Origin: Octopus sinensis
Lineage: Eukaryota
Assembly: GCF_006345805.1 (NCBI RefSeq)
Contig: NC_043021.1
Span: forward strand, 5,580,001 to 5,644,000
Direction: 5' to 3'
Length of the DNA: 64,000 nucleotides
Shown: one piece after another, positions 48,109-61,849 of the stretch
Layout of the letters: each line of letters begins with the position of its first letter
Position numbering within the stretch: position 1 is the first letter of the stretch
Made by a program: the position numbers and the translations under genes
Notes under the pieces: generated by a model
Seen by the model: the letters and a program-made list of their open reading frames with translations, nothing else
The model's database searches: none
Told to the model about the DNA's origin: nothing

Positions 48109-49520
48109 TTATTTTATTAGATTTACCACAAGGGCAGCACACAGAGAGAAGCTTGCGGGCTGGACACAGACATTAATGGGATGAATGACAATGATACAAG
48201 GATGATAAGGATGGGAGAAGAAGAAAAGCGCCCGCCGACTTTCGCTTCTCTAAAACATTGTTCTTTTTTTCTTTTTTAAACACACAATGAGGCGAAAAAC
48301 CTCTCACATAGTTCAGACGTGGAGGCGCAATGGCCCAGTGGTTAGGGCAGCGGACTCGCGGTCGTAGGATCGCGGTTTCGATTCCCAGACCGGGCGTTGT
48401 GAGTGTTTATTGAGCGAAAACACCTAAAAAGCTCCACGAGGCTCCGACAGGGATGATGGTGATCCCTGCTGTACTCTTTCGCCACAACTTTCTCTCACTC
48501 TTACTTCCTGTTTCTCTTGTACCTGTATTTCAAAGGGCCGGCCTTGTCACTCTCTGTGTCACGCTGAATATCCCCCGAGAACTACGTTAAGGGTACACGT
48601 GTCTGTGGAGTGCTCAGCCACTTACACGTTAATTTCACGAGCAGGCTGTTCCGTTGATTCGGATCAACCGGAACCCTCGTCGTCGTAACCGACGGAGTGC
48701 TTCCATCCTCATAGTTCAGAATTAAAAACACATACACGAGGCAATAATCCTCTAACTTTTTACATTTTACAGAGTCTTTTTGAGGTAATACACCTCTTAC
48801 ACAATTGTCCCATATTTCAATTTTTCTGTCCGGCCAGGCTCCTCGCTTCATTGAAGCATCTAGTCGGTTCCAAGCCGGACCACTTGGCCATATATCTAAA
48901 GGAGTCCGCTGGGAAGGAAGTCATTATCCTGCACAGACCGTTATCCCATATGACCTCCGCATTCACTTGCGAAGGCCACTCTGGGTCCTCCATGCAGGAC
49001 AGAAGCCCCTCCTACCGACCCTTCCTTAACAATTTTCCTAATCGAATTTTGTAAGGTCCCTCCCTTATGGAAGAGGACTACAAATTCCTCCCCCAGCGGC
49101 TCATCCGCCGAAGAAGCATCGGGACATTGCCGGCAGCGTGTCACAATGTCCCTTTTCCTTTTCCTTTTCTTTTTCCCTTGGACCGTGGGAGAGTGGTGTT
49201 CCTTTGCTGTGTCCAGCAGGTTCTCCCTTCATCCCGCAGCCCCCGGGTCCTTCGGTGAGCAACAATGGTTGCCCACCTTTCGCTTTCGTTTTTTCGAGGA
49301 GGTTTCCACCTCCTCGACATCCTCCTCCTTCTCTCCCGCCAATGAGGGAGCAGGGAGTGATGCCTCTATTAACTGCCCCAGGACCCTATTTTAGGGGCAG
49401 TTTCTCTTGATGTGGCCGGTTTCTAGGCACAGGTGAGACTTGGGGGGGAGGCGTCCCTCGAGCATCACCGGATACCTAGACCCGGCCATCCTCAAAAATT
49501 CCGGGAAAACCAGACTTTCG
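48109..49520 (-). mobile_element. ORF1-only L1/Tx1-like element, unit 3 (5' end lost)
   Basis: VMLEGRLPPKSHLCLETGHIKRNCP, HCCSPKDP (shared with unit 2), EDPEWPSQ; 3' UTR and AATAAA; no APE/RT. Confidence 0.7.
48318..48709 (+). mobile_element. tRNA-derived SINE family F with 11-bp TSD
   Basis: A-box tggcccagtgg, B-box gtttcgattccc; TSD catagttcaga at 48307-48317 and 48710-48720; diverged relative near 23005-23235. Confidence 0.85.
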
Positions 49521-49689
49521 GTTGATTGGGTCCATAGGGTCAAACCAGCTTTTATGGAATGATGTCAAAGTAACACACATGTAGTCCCAACCGAGCGAGG
49601 CCGTGTTATGTTTGTGTAAGAAAAAAATACATAAAAACACCTCTAGTTTTCATATATATTGCAACAGCTAACAGTGAAATATAGAATTT

Positions 49690-51170
49690 AAAAATAGCTT
49701 TTTCGACCATCAGATTGGTGCGGCTAATATGGCAGGTAAACATCGTGGTTGTCAAGCAGAAATAAAGAAGACTCGGCCTCTGGTCCAATACGTGCACTGC
49801 TGTGCTCATGTTCCTCAACTTATAGCTAAGTCCATTCAACAAGCTTCATTTATCAAAAATGTTCTCGATTACGTGAATGAATTGGGGAAACTATATAGTA
49901 CATCAGAGAAATTTAAGCACGCATATTTATTACAATACTAGCAGTATCGCCCGGCGTTGCTCGGGTTTGTAAGGGAAGTAACTATAAAAGCATTTTTAGA
50001 GAATTACTTCCCTTATATAAACCGAGCAAAAAATGCATTAAAAATGCGGAAAAATGATGATAATTTTTTTAAAATCGTAGACTCATCGTAGACGCGCGCT
50101 AGTACCCAGAAGGGCTCGATATGAATGACGACTATAATATACCCGCTTTTGGTTAAACTGCACCGCAAAATGTGGGAGTAGTTAGGAATTTAAATCGGAG
50201 TAGACAGACTCTCACACAAGTTCAGTTTTATATATAAAGATAATGAAGAAAATGAAGTATCGTTACCACGCTCCTTAAAACCTGTGTGCCCTACTCGATA
50301 GCTAACACGACTTCCTGCAGTCAAAGCCGTTCTTGAAATTATCCAGATGTCCTCATTTCTTTACAAGAGTCATCAAATGTGTTTGGCACCAACATTGTAT
50401 CCAGAGCTAATGGCATTCTTACGTGTCTCTCTACGGGCCAATATGTTCTTGCATTGCACGTTGTAGTTCCGTTACTTCAACTCCTTTGAGGATTGAACAA
50501 ATCTTTTCAAAGTATCACCGTCAGTCTAGGTGGAATGTTGCGTAGTGTCAAACTAGTGCAGGATGAGCTAAAAAAAAATCTACGCAGGGAAGAAAAATTT
50601 CAGGAGCTGTTCAATACAGTAGAAAAAATGAATTATCAACTCAATATTTCTTCTTTGGAGCTATCCAGACAACGAAAAATTGCTAAAAGATACCAGGAAG
50701 GAAATGCGTTAAAATATCAACACTGCACTGTTTTGGATCATTGCAGGGTGCAGTATTTGCAAGTAGTGGATACTGCAATAGCAAATTTGAAAGATTTTTT
50801 TTTTCACATGATTTAGCAGATTGGGAAAAACTGAGCAATATTTTACTCAATGGAAATTTTTGTGCTGAAATGATCAGTATTCAAAGCTTGATGAATTTTC
50901 CTTAAGGAACGAAATACTTTTTTTTATAGAAATCATCATAGTGGATCATCTCTCGAGGATCATCGTAAAATATTTGGTGAACAGCAGCCAGAAGTTCATC
51001 GCATGTTTCCAAATGTTGAGCGATTGCTCAGGCTATTTTTAGTGTTTCCAACCAGTTCTTGTGAAGCTGAAAGATCTTTTAGCGCTCTGGGGAGACTCAA
51101 AACTTGGCTGCGCTCGACCGTGACTCAGCAAAGGTTGAATTATATTCTAATATGCCATGTTTAGAAAAAA
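49690..51170 (+). mobile_element. hAT-superfamily transposase remnant (pseudogenised)
   Basis: GAANMAGKHRGCQ...YVHCCAH, LKPVCPTR*, and dimerisation domain FPNVERLLRLFLVFPTSSCEAERSFSALGRLKTWLRST; stops and an insertion. Confidence 0.85.
49937..50241 (+). mobile_element. Helentron/Helitron-like non-autonomous element (short form) inserted in the hAT remnant
   Basis: actagcagtatcgcccggcgttgctcggg 5' end with hairpin, ttttatatataaagat 3' end, no TSD; relatives at 61406 and 63380. Confidence 0.65.
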
Positions 51171-51469
51171 ATTAGTTGTGAAAAAGTTGCTAAATTATTT
51201 ACTGACGGCAAGATATATAAAACATTTGGAAAATACTAAAAGACAATAATTTTACTTAATATTTTTTATTTAAGAGCCTTTGTTTTATATTTTGTTTATT
51301 TGATATAATAAATTCTTTTAAAGCTTTTTTTTATAACTGAACTTCATTTGAATATATAAAATTTAATTAGCATAAAATTTTAGTAATGTGATAGGGTCCG
51401 GGAAAGGCACCATAAGCAATACCAACATGCTCCTTTTAAGATGCAGCAAATGTTGGTTCGCCCCCCTCA

Positions 51470-52995
51470 CATTTTCATGGAAAATAAGGCCCCTAGTAGC
51501 AAGGATGCACATGCTGGCATATATGGAAGATGCGATCAGAATGTGTAGAGAACACAGTATATAAAAATATAGGGAGAAATAAGTATTAGAAGTGGGGGAG
51601 AAAGGGAAAAGGAAGAATATATAAGGGAGTGAGAAGAGGGAGAAATTTAAGCAAGGTCAATTGACTGTTGCTAAGCAAAAACTGTATTGGTTGAATCACA
51701 GAATTTAGTAAGGGAATTGGTATTTGAAGGAAGGATAATTTGGAGGGGAGTCAGGAAGAAAACGAAAGTGTGCATGAATAAAGCAAGATAGAATGGGGAA
51801 TTTAAGTACGGTTAGTTGACTAATGGCATTCAGGGGCTTTCTGGCCGAATCACAAAACTATGTACTTGTGAGTTTACGGAGAGAGAGGGTTAGAGAGGGA
51901 GAGGCAGTTGAAATAAAAACAAAGAACAAAATTTTTAAAAGGTAAAGAAAAATACGGAGAGAAGTGTGTAATTGACAATAAAGGAATTAAACTGGAGAAA
52001 TAGTGTTGGTTTAATATATAGTGGTAGTGAGGGAAAATCCATGAAGGTTAGGGGAGAGGGGTTGTAAATATTTGTATTTTGAGAATAGATTTAGTGACCG
52101 ATGCTGTGTTCATTAAGACAATCCACGGATTGCAGAATAGCCAAGACTTCGGCTATGCAGAGATCACTCTTGTTATTGTTACAGCTGTTGTAAAGCTCGG
52201 CGTGGGTGACTATGGACCACGAGAGAGTGTAAATAGCTGAATCAGGCGCTTGTTTACTGATAAGTTGGATGTACTGTTGGATTTTGTTTGGAACTTGAAG
52301 CTGGAGTAGTGGCTGTTCACTCTATAAATGTAGTTACAGTTGGCAGTCGATACTGTACACTTATAAACAATATTTTTTGTGAGACAGCGGTTATCTAAAG
52401 GATAGGGGGTTGGGCATCTGAAGTTTTGCAGGCTGTGTTCCGGATGAACTTGTGAGGGGATTGCTATTTAGTGTGGAATCGGTGTTAGGTTATTATTGCT
52501 GGCGTTAAGATTAGTATTTGTTAAGGAGTTGAGGGTGGTGTTGTGGGTGGGGTTGTACAATATGCTAGTTACTGTGTCTTGTGGAATCCTCTGTGTTATT
52601 CTCAGTTTTTACAGGAGGTATAGTTGGGCGTCGTGGTAAATTTAGGTATCGGGTGTTAGTAGTAGAATTATAGTTGGAGTTATGAGTGTTAGTGTTGCCA
52701 AGGGGGTCGATTTGTTTTGGGTTTATATGTATGGAACTAGGGGTTATTTTGAGTTAATTTATTAGGGCGGAGAGGTTAGCTGGCTGTGAATTTCTGAGTT
52801 TCTTGTTAAGAGGCCAGACAACCCCGGCAGTGTTGATAGCGGAGGAGTTGTACAATTTCATAGATTGGGGGTTAAATAGTTTTGTAAGGGGGCTAGAATC
52901 GGGGAAATGTTTCTCGAGTAGGACGAAGAAGAGTTTAGGGATTCGAGTCTAAACGTTAAGGGCGAAGGAAGGGAGCGGTGGAACCAGATACCACA
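51470..52995 (-). mobile_element. Decayed Penelope-like element (RT C-terminal region and GIY-YIG remnant)
   Basis: Minus strand: IWFHRS..IPKLFFVLLEKHFPDSSPLTKLFN, later YPLDNRCLTKNIVYKCTV...YIY, resembling the Penelope linker and GIY-YIG; many disruptions. Confidence 0.6.
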
Positions 52996-53010
52996 CCAGG
53001 TTCTAGTTCG

Positions 53011-53068
<58 letters not shown>

Positions 53069-53690
53069 CATATAGATATATACATATATATTTATGTGTG
53101 TGTGTGTATGTATGTTATATATATGTTATATATGCGTAATGTGAATATGTATATACGTATGTGATAAGTATGTGTGTATAAATGTGCATATGTATATGTA
53201 AGTGTGGATGTGTGTGTATGTGTTAGGTAGGAAGACGGATCGAATGTTTTTTTTTATTTTGAAAGAATTTGAACAATTGTCAGTATTGGCAATAGAAAGA
53301 GAAGTGGTGTTGGACTTTTGGTGACAGACGAAGGGGACGCAGAACAATGAGTGTTGGAATTAGTGTGCTTTCTTGTGCAGGAAGAATATCCCATGACCAC
53401 AGCAAGGTAGTTTTGCTCTTTGACTCCGCTGATCAGATGAGACATCGGTCCTCGGGCGTAAGCAACGACGTCCTTCCCGCCATGGGTTTCATCGGCCAGA
53501 GGAACGGCACTTTGTTGTAGGTATTTTTTCAAAGCTAGACGATTTAAAGAGAAAAAAGAAAAGCGAAAATTAATTAATAAATAAAAGCATATAAATTATT
53601 TAACACTCATCTACACCCCTCACACACACACATACATACATACATATATACATACATACACACAAACATACGTACATATATACCTACATA

Positions 53691-53915
53691 CAGCGAGCTG
53701 GCAGAAACGTTAGCACGCCGGGCGAAATGCGTGGCCGTATTTCGTCTGCCGTTACGTTCTGAGTTCAAATTCCGCCGAGATCGACTTTGCCTTTCATCCT
53801 TTCGGGGTCGATAAATTAAGTACCAGTTGCGCACTGGGGTCGATATAATCGACTTAATCCCTTTGTATGTCCTTGTTTGTCCTCTCTGTGTTTAGCCCCT
53901 TGTGGGTAGTAAAGA
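53691..53915 (+). mobile_element. SINE A
   Basis: Full head, body and tail. Confidence 0.88.
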
Positions 53916-55129
53916 AATATATATACCTACATACATATATACATACATACATATATACATACATACATACACACAAACATACATATATATATACATACAC
54001 ATACATACATACATACATACATACATACATACATACACACAAACATACATACATACATACATACATACAAACAAACATACATACATACATACATACATAC
54101 ATACATACATACATACATACATACATACACATATTTATATATACTTATAATTTGCTTAAATCCTTAAATCCTTTAAAATGTTTTAGCCCGAAGGCCGCGG
54201 CCATGCTGGGGCACCACCGCCGAATGAATGCTTGTTGAAAGAACTAATCTTAATAGATTTAAAAGCATGCTAGGCCATGCATCATGCTCGGTTTACAATA
54301 ATCTGCTCGGTGAGATCAAAGCCTTTAAAAATATAAAGAGAAAATATAAAGAAAAATATAAAGAGAAAACTTGCTTGTGTCTCTGGATGCATAACAGAAA
54401 TTGGGGATCTTTTCCTTTTGAAGGTCGATTTCAACACAATTTCTAGTTAACTAAACACTTTAAAACTTCGTATACTGGTAGAATGTGTCAAAATAAAACA
54501 TTATTTTCACTTGGCTTTCTTGATAAACTTGTAATTCGTTTGTTTAACGTAGTTTAATTTTTCGAATTTTAACCAATGAATCGTCTCTATTTGAGCTGAA
54601 ATCATTTGCTGCGTCTAAAAACTGACACAACATCCTGTCAGTGTTACGTAAACAGCTATTTATAGCGTATCGGAGAGGAAGAGAGGGAGAAAGAGAGGGA
54701 GAAAGAGAGGGGAGGAGCATGAAAAAGTGAGAGAAAGGCAAAGATCCGAAATTGGTTAGTTCATTTCCATCTTTTCTTGTTTTATTTATTAACGATGGAC
54801 CTTGGAGGGGATTTTTGGTCTCCTGCAGTAAGTATACGCTGGAGGACTTGTCTGGGCGCTAAATGTCAATTTTCACTCATGATTGCAAGTCGACATGCTA
54901 CTCGAAATGCTTTAACACTTTTCAAAGTCACCATATAACGCCTGATACTATATGTCCACACTATCTGATACGTCTCATCTTGGCGGATAGGCTGCGTGTC
55001 AAGGGATCAACGTCTTTATCGCATATTGTAGCCTCATAGCAATAAATAAAGAGTTTTGAATGTCTTAATTCCAATATCCCAGAATGTAGCAGACAAATAA
55101 TATACGGAAATGGACTCGTTTGCTACTTT

Positions 55130-55575
55130 CAGAAATCATATTGAAACTCCGACGTCTGGCAGCTGACTTGGCAGACACCCATAAAATTATCAACCATCGT
55201 ACAAACAATAACTCTGAGCACCTTTTCGAACTCCACCCATCTAACACCCGTGGACATATTTACAAAGACAGAAAACAGCACAGCTCCCATGACTTCAGGA
55301 AACATTTTTTCACGCTGGGAGTTGCTGAAGCATGGAACAAACTGCCGGCATCAGTTGTTAGTTGTCGGAGCACTGCATCCTTCAAAACTTCCATGCTTCC
55401 TGAGATTCGCCAACACTACACCTGATTTTCTCCCCTCCATACACACACAAGCATGTATCTGACTCATACATTGTTCGCTTTCCAGACATTTCTACATTAC
55501 TGCATGTACTTTATATGCACTTTCTGACAAGTTGTGGTGCACCTGGGCACTGTATACAATTAATTTCATTATTAT
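55130..55575 (+). mobile_element. CR1/L2-type LINE 3' end (family E)
   Basis: ORF 55120-55425 RRLAADL...TRGHIYK..RKHFF..AWNKLP..FKTSM. Confidence 0.82.
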
Positions 55576-55924
55576 TTTTTTTTTTATATAAAAAAAAAAC
55601 TAGAAATATTCGCTGCGACTTTGCGTTGATGAAATTTTTCAAATTTTAACTTCTCAACGTAAACTTCTTAACAGTAAAAGGGAGAGAGGGTTATCCTGTA
55701 TGTACGTCAACAAATATGTATTTAAAAATTACAATTAAATTAAAAGTTGCGAAAATTATAAATTTATAATTATAAAATCATATCTATTAGATATAAAATT
55801 ATAAAAATTATATCTATTAGATATAAAATTATAAAAATTATATCTATTAGATATAAGTAGGCATTAAAAAAATATATATAATTATAATTAAAATAAAAAT
55901 TAATATTAGAGTGAAATAAAGTAT

Positions 55925-56140
55925 ATATTGAACGCCATGTTGGACCGTTAGCTCCTACACGCATTTTTTTATCTCCTTGTTTCTCTCCTTGTTTCTTTTC
56001 TGTGTGTCTTTCTGTCGAAGAGCGTAGGCTCGAAACGTAAAAAACTTGTTTTATTTTTATTCCTGAGCGCCATACTAATACAATTGTTTGTTTATACTCC
56101 ACCTGCCTTCGTCTTTTGTTTATTTTCGTAAACCTTCCCG
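55925..56140 (+). mobile_element. Penelope-like terminal repeat fragment
   Basis: gtctttctgtcgaagagcgtaggctcgaaacgtaa motif resembles PLE terminal-repeat ends; no ORF. Confidence 0.4.
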
Positions 56141-56328
56141 TAAAGTATATATCAATTGGTTAAACGATATAATTTTTTAAATATTAATATATTCCTCGAA
56201 TATTATCCTTTTGCATTCTCTTCTTATTATTAAAATAAAAAAAAACATATTAAACATCTCGATGATGTAGAATGCAGCCACCAATTGTAGTAAGCAGATG
56301 GAGTCCGTCATAGTCACGTTGTATAATA

Positions 56329-56545
56329 AGGCGGCGAGCTGGCAAGGCGGCGTGCTGGCAGAAACGTTAGCACGCCGGGCGAAATGCGTAGCCGTATTTC
56401 GTCTGCCGTTACGTTCTGAGTTCAAATTCCGCCGAGGTCGACTTTGCCTTTCATCCTTTCGGGGTCGATAAATTAAGTACCGGCTACGCACTGGAGTCGT
56501 TGTAATCGACTTAATCCGTTTGTCTGTCCTTGTTTGTCCCCTCTG
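56329..56545 (+). mobile_element. SINE A with duplicated 5' 15-mer
   Basis: ggcggcgagctggca-aggcggcgtgctggcagaaac. Confidence 0.85.
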
Positions 56546-58070
56546 TGTTTAGCCCTTTGTGGGTAATACGGTAAGCAGTAACTAGGATTAATAGTATAAA
56601 TTGTATTAATTAAAAAATTAAGTGATTAATTGTTAAAACTGGCAGTTATGACTTAGTAACTTGGAAATACTTCTCACTTAACTAATTAAGCAAGAGTAGC
56701 ATTCATACTCTCACAAGTAATTATGAAAATTTAAGAGTAAATAGATTTACTGACCGTTAACCGTATCCGAGGGTATTGTTTATGCAAATATAACGGTTCC
56801 TTTGTTTTTCAAATATATCAACATGCAAACATGCACACAAATAAAATAAAAATAAAAACGAAAACAAAATTATATATACACAAGTAACAGTTTTTTTTTT
56901 CTCTTTTAAACATTAACATGCCCACGTGCGCGTAACAGAATGAACGTTGATATGCTGAGTCCGCCAATGATCTCTCAATCCATTGGGATATGGTTCTTTT
57001 TTTGTGTTGTCTTTTAACCCTGATGGAATGTTCAATTTATTATATTCGAAATGCATCTATAGTTGAAGCGTGGAAGGTGTTTGTAAGCCATATAAGAAAC
57101 ACACAAAAGCCGTTCGATTCACTTCAACATTTAAGTTTAATTTGTCAAAATATTTTCGTCGCTTTAAGACCGCGACCTGTTCACTGACAAAAATCCGTGG
57201 TGCATCTGAGAAAGTAACAGTTAGTTCGTTTCAACACACGATCTCAGATCAAATTACTTGCTATGCAAGTACATCTCCGTAAATCTATAATTGAATTATT
57301 TGTAATTTGAATTAATTGAATATAAAAACAATCGTAGGGTATAAGAAATTGATGTTGTTCGAATTTGGATTTGTGTTAATAAATTGATGTCTATCTGTCG
57401 ATTTTTCCATTTTCTTTTTTTTTTTTTTATGCATAAACGATAATATACATCGATGAGAAGCTAACATCTTTTTAGTATTTCCCTGATACACTGGATTAAA
57501 CCTGGGGAACTTGGATGCTAACATCTCTTTAAGAGGTGTATATCCTCATAATAATAAGTATATATATGTGTATGTATAAAAAAGGAAATGAAGAAAATGC
57601 TGACAAAATAATTTAAGTAATTTAAGTAATTTAATTAGGTGAAAGTTCTTTTTACCGGTTGCGCATTTGTTATGCTTATCAAAAGATAATTTTTTTAAAG
57701 AGAGATAGAGTTCTTTTCTGATAGATTTTTTCCTCTTATATGTATGTATATATATATATATGTGTGTGTGTGTATGTGTATGTTGTTCAAACGATGAATA
57801 AATAGCTTTGCGTAAACTACTGGTTCGTTTTGTTCTCTTACTTTATTATCATCTTTTAATCATCTCATAATAATGACTTTTATGACTCGTATTACTACCT
57901 CAGTCAATCTAAATGTATATGTTTGTCGCTACCTGTCATAAATAGCCTTTTTCTATTTGCAATGTGCATTTTCGTTGATTTTTCATATTTTACCCTTACA
58001 TTTCCACGTGTATTTTATATTTTCTTTTCGTAACATATTTCTACTATATATATATATAGATAGATATATG

Positions 58071-58148
<78 letters not shown>

Positions 58149-58457
58149 TATATAATAAATAATTAATTAATAAGGGTGAGAGAATTAGATACTAATTTAA
58201 TAGTATATCTATTCAACACCAAGTGGCCTAGTGCTCCGAGAAACCTGGATTATTATAATATTTTATAATATATTACAATATTTTTACATATATAATATAT
58301 ATTATATATATATATATGTGCATATATATACTATTTATATATATATATACACATACATAAATGAATATGTGTACATATGTGTGTGCGTGTGTGTGTGTAA
58401 GTATATATGTATGTATTTACATATATGTATGTATATGTATATATATATGCATATATA

Positions 58458-58534
<77 letters not shown>

Positions 58535-58967
58535 TGCATACGTATATATGTATGTATGTATGTATCTATGTATGTATGCATGCATGTATGAATGTCGGTG
58601 TCAATCGTAGATCAGCCAATCTTTCCTCTTTCATCTCGGAGACGGGACGTGTGTTGGAAAGGTCATCGTCCATCACTGCCGTTGACCTCCATCCCAATCA
58701 GGTACATTTCGTGTTAAGTCTTAACTCTGGAATGCAACAGAATGATGTGACACAAGAAAATTCCTCCCAATTACGTCACATGTCTGGCTTCAAAGACATC
58801 TTGACTTCCTGAAGATTGTCTTGGCACAATGAATCGCTGAGAAAATTAATCAATCATCTTGACGTTTCTGCAAAAATTTCTCCAATTCTGTGTAATACGC
58901 GCTTATCTGTGTGTGTGTGTATGTGTGTGCTTATACATTTGCATACATACCCAATCACACACACAAG

Positions 58968-59096
58968 TGTACATACATACATACATACATACATACATAC
59001 ATACATACATACATACATTCATACATACATACATACATATATACATGCATGAATGCTTACATACATACATACATACATACTTATATACATACATAC

Positions 59097-59127
<31 letters not shown>

Positions 59128-59374
59128 CATACATACATACATACATACATACATTCATGAATGCATACATACATACATACATACATACATACACACATAC
59201 ATACATACACACATACACACATACATACATACATACATACACATACATACATACATACATACATACATACATACATACACACACATACATACATACATAC
59301 ATACATACATACACACATACACACATACATACATACATACATACATACATACACACATACACACATACATACAT

Positions 59375-59405
<31 letters not shown>

Positions 59406-61078
59406 TACATACATACATACATACATACATACATACATACATACATACATACATACATACATACATACATGCATACATACATACATACATGCATACATAC
59501 ATACATACATACATACATACATACATACATGCATACATGCATACATACACACACATACATACATACATACACATACATACACACACACACACACATACAT
59601 ACATACATACATACATACATACATACATACATACATACATACATGCATACATACATACATACATACATGCATACATACATACATACATGCATACATACAT
59701 ACATACATACATACATACATACATACATGCATACATACATGCATACATACATACATACATACATACATACATACATACATACATACATACATGCATACAT
59801 ACATAAATACATGCATACATACATACATACATACATACATACATACATAATACATACATACATACATACATACATACATACATACATACATACATACATA
59901 AATACATACATACATACATACATACATACATACATACATGCATACATACATACATACATACATACATACATACATTCACACATACATAAATACATGCATA
60001 CATACATACATACATACATACATGCATACATACATACATACATACATTCACACATACATACATACATACATACATACATACATACATTCACACATACATA
60101 AATACATACATACATACATACATACATACATACATACATAAATACATGCATACATACATTCACACATACATACATACATACATACATACATACATACATA
60201 CATACATTCACACATACATAAATACATACATACATACATACATACATACATACATACATACATAAATACATGCATACATACATACATACATACATACATA
60301 CATACATTCACACATACATAAATACATACATACATACATACATACATACATACATACATAAATACATGCATACATACATTCACACATACATACATACATA
60401 CATACATACATACATTCACACATACATAAATACATACATACATACATACATACATACATACATAAATACATGCATACATACATACATACATACATACATA
60501 CATACATTCACACATACATAAATACATACATACATACATACATACATACATGCATACATACATAAATACATGCATACATACATACATACATGCATACATA
60601 CATAAATACATACATACATACATACATACATACATACATGCATACATACATAAATACATGCATACATACATACATACATGCATACATACATAAATACATG
60701 CATACATACATTCACACATACATAAATACATACATACATACATACATACATACATACATAAATACATGCATACATACATTCACACATACATAAATACATG
60801 CATACATACATTCACACATACATACATACATGCATACATACATACATACATACATACATACATACATACATACATACATACATACATACATACATACATA
60901 CATACATAAATACATACATACATACATGCATACATACATAAATACATGCATACATACATACATACATGCATACATACATAAATACATGCATACATACATA
61001 CATACATACATACATACATAAATACATACATACATACATACATACACACACACATACATACATACATACATACATACA
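58968..61078. repeat. ~2.1-kb (CATA)n array with variant higher-order units
   Basis: Directly visible; explains the HTYI/MYVC ORFs. Confidence 0.97.
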
Positions 61079-61405
61079 CTACCGTCTTCGGCCACTTTTA
61101 ACTCATTTACTCATTTACTTGTTTCAGTCATTTGACTGTGGCCATGCTGGAGCACAAATTTCTACTAATTGCCAACTTATAACTGGATGTTTCGCATTGC
61201 GTTTTTACAGATGAAACACTGACCCTGTTGGAGTCATTTCCACACTAAATCATTATATTTTGTAGTAGGGGTTCTGAATGAAAGGGGACAGTGCGGGACG
61301 ACCAACAAAAATGACCGCGCAGAACTTTTCGGCCACCTCACATAAACCAATCATGATACAAGGTTTTAAAACAGAAAAATATTTATAATGAATATTTATT
61401 ACATA

Positions 61406-61803
61406 ACTAGCAGTATCGCCCGGCGTTGCTCGGGTTTGTAAGGGAAATAACTATATAAGCATTTTTAGAGATGTAAAGTATAACAGCCATCTCAATATGG
61501 CTAACCACAAAGCGGGGGGGGGTGTTACTGTAGCTTTTTACGTTCTGAGATTTAATAAATTTTTAGAGAGTTACTTCCCTTATATATGCCAAAAATGCAT
61601 TAAAAATGGGAAAAATTGATGGTAATTTTTTTTAAAATCGTAGACTCATCGTAGACGCGCGCTAATACCCAGAAGGGCTCGATATGAACCACGACTATAA
61701 GATACCCGGTTTTGGTTATACTTCACCGCAAAATGTGGGAATAGTTAGGAATCTAAATCGTAGGAGACTGACAGCACACAACCTCTCTTTTATATATAAA
61801 GAT
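61406..61803 (+). mobile_element. Helentron-like non-autonomous element (long form)
   Basis: Same ends as 49937-50241 plus an internal ~90-bp extra segment. Confidence 0.65.
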
Positions 61804-61849
61804 ATTCATTTCAAGAAGTTACTGTACATTGTTAATATTTCATATGGTT

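Noticed and set aside
48321-48395. tRNA gene
   Set aside because: The tRNA-like A/B boxes are the head of a TSD-flanked SINE; all other tRNA-like boxes in the window are also SINE heads.
58859-61214. 300-400-aa HTYI/MYVC ORFs
   Set aside because: (CATA)n array.
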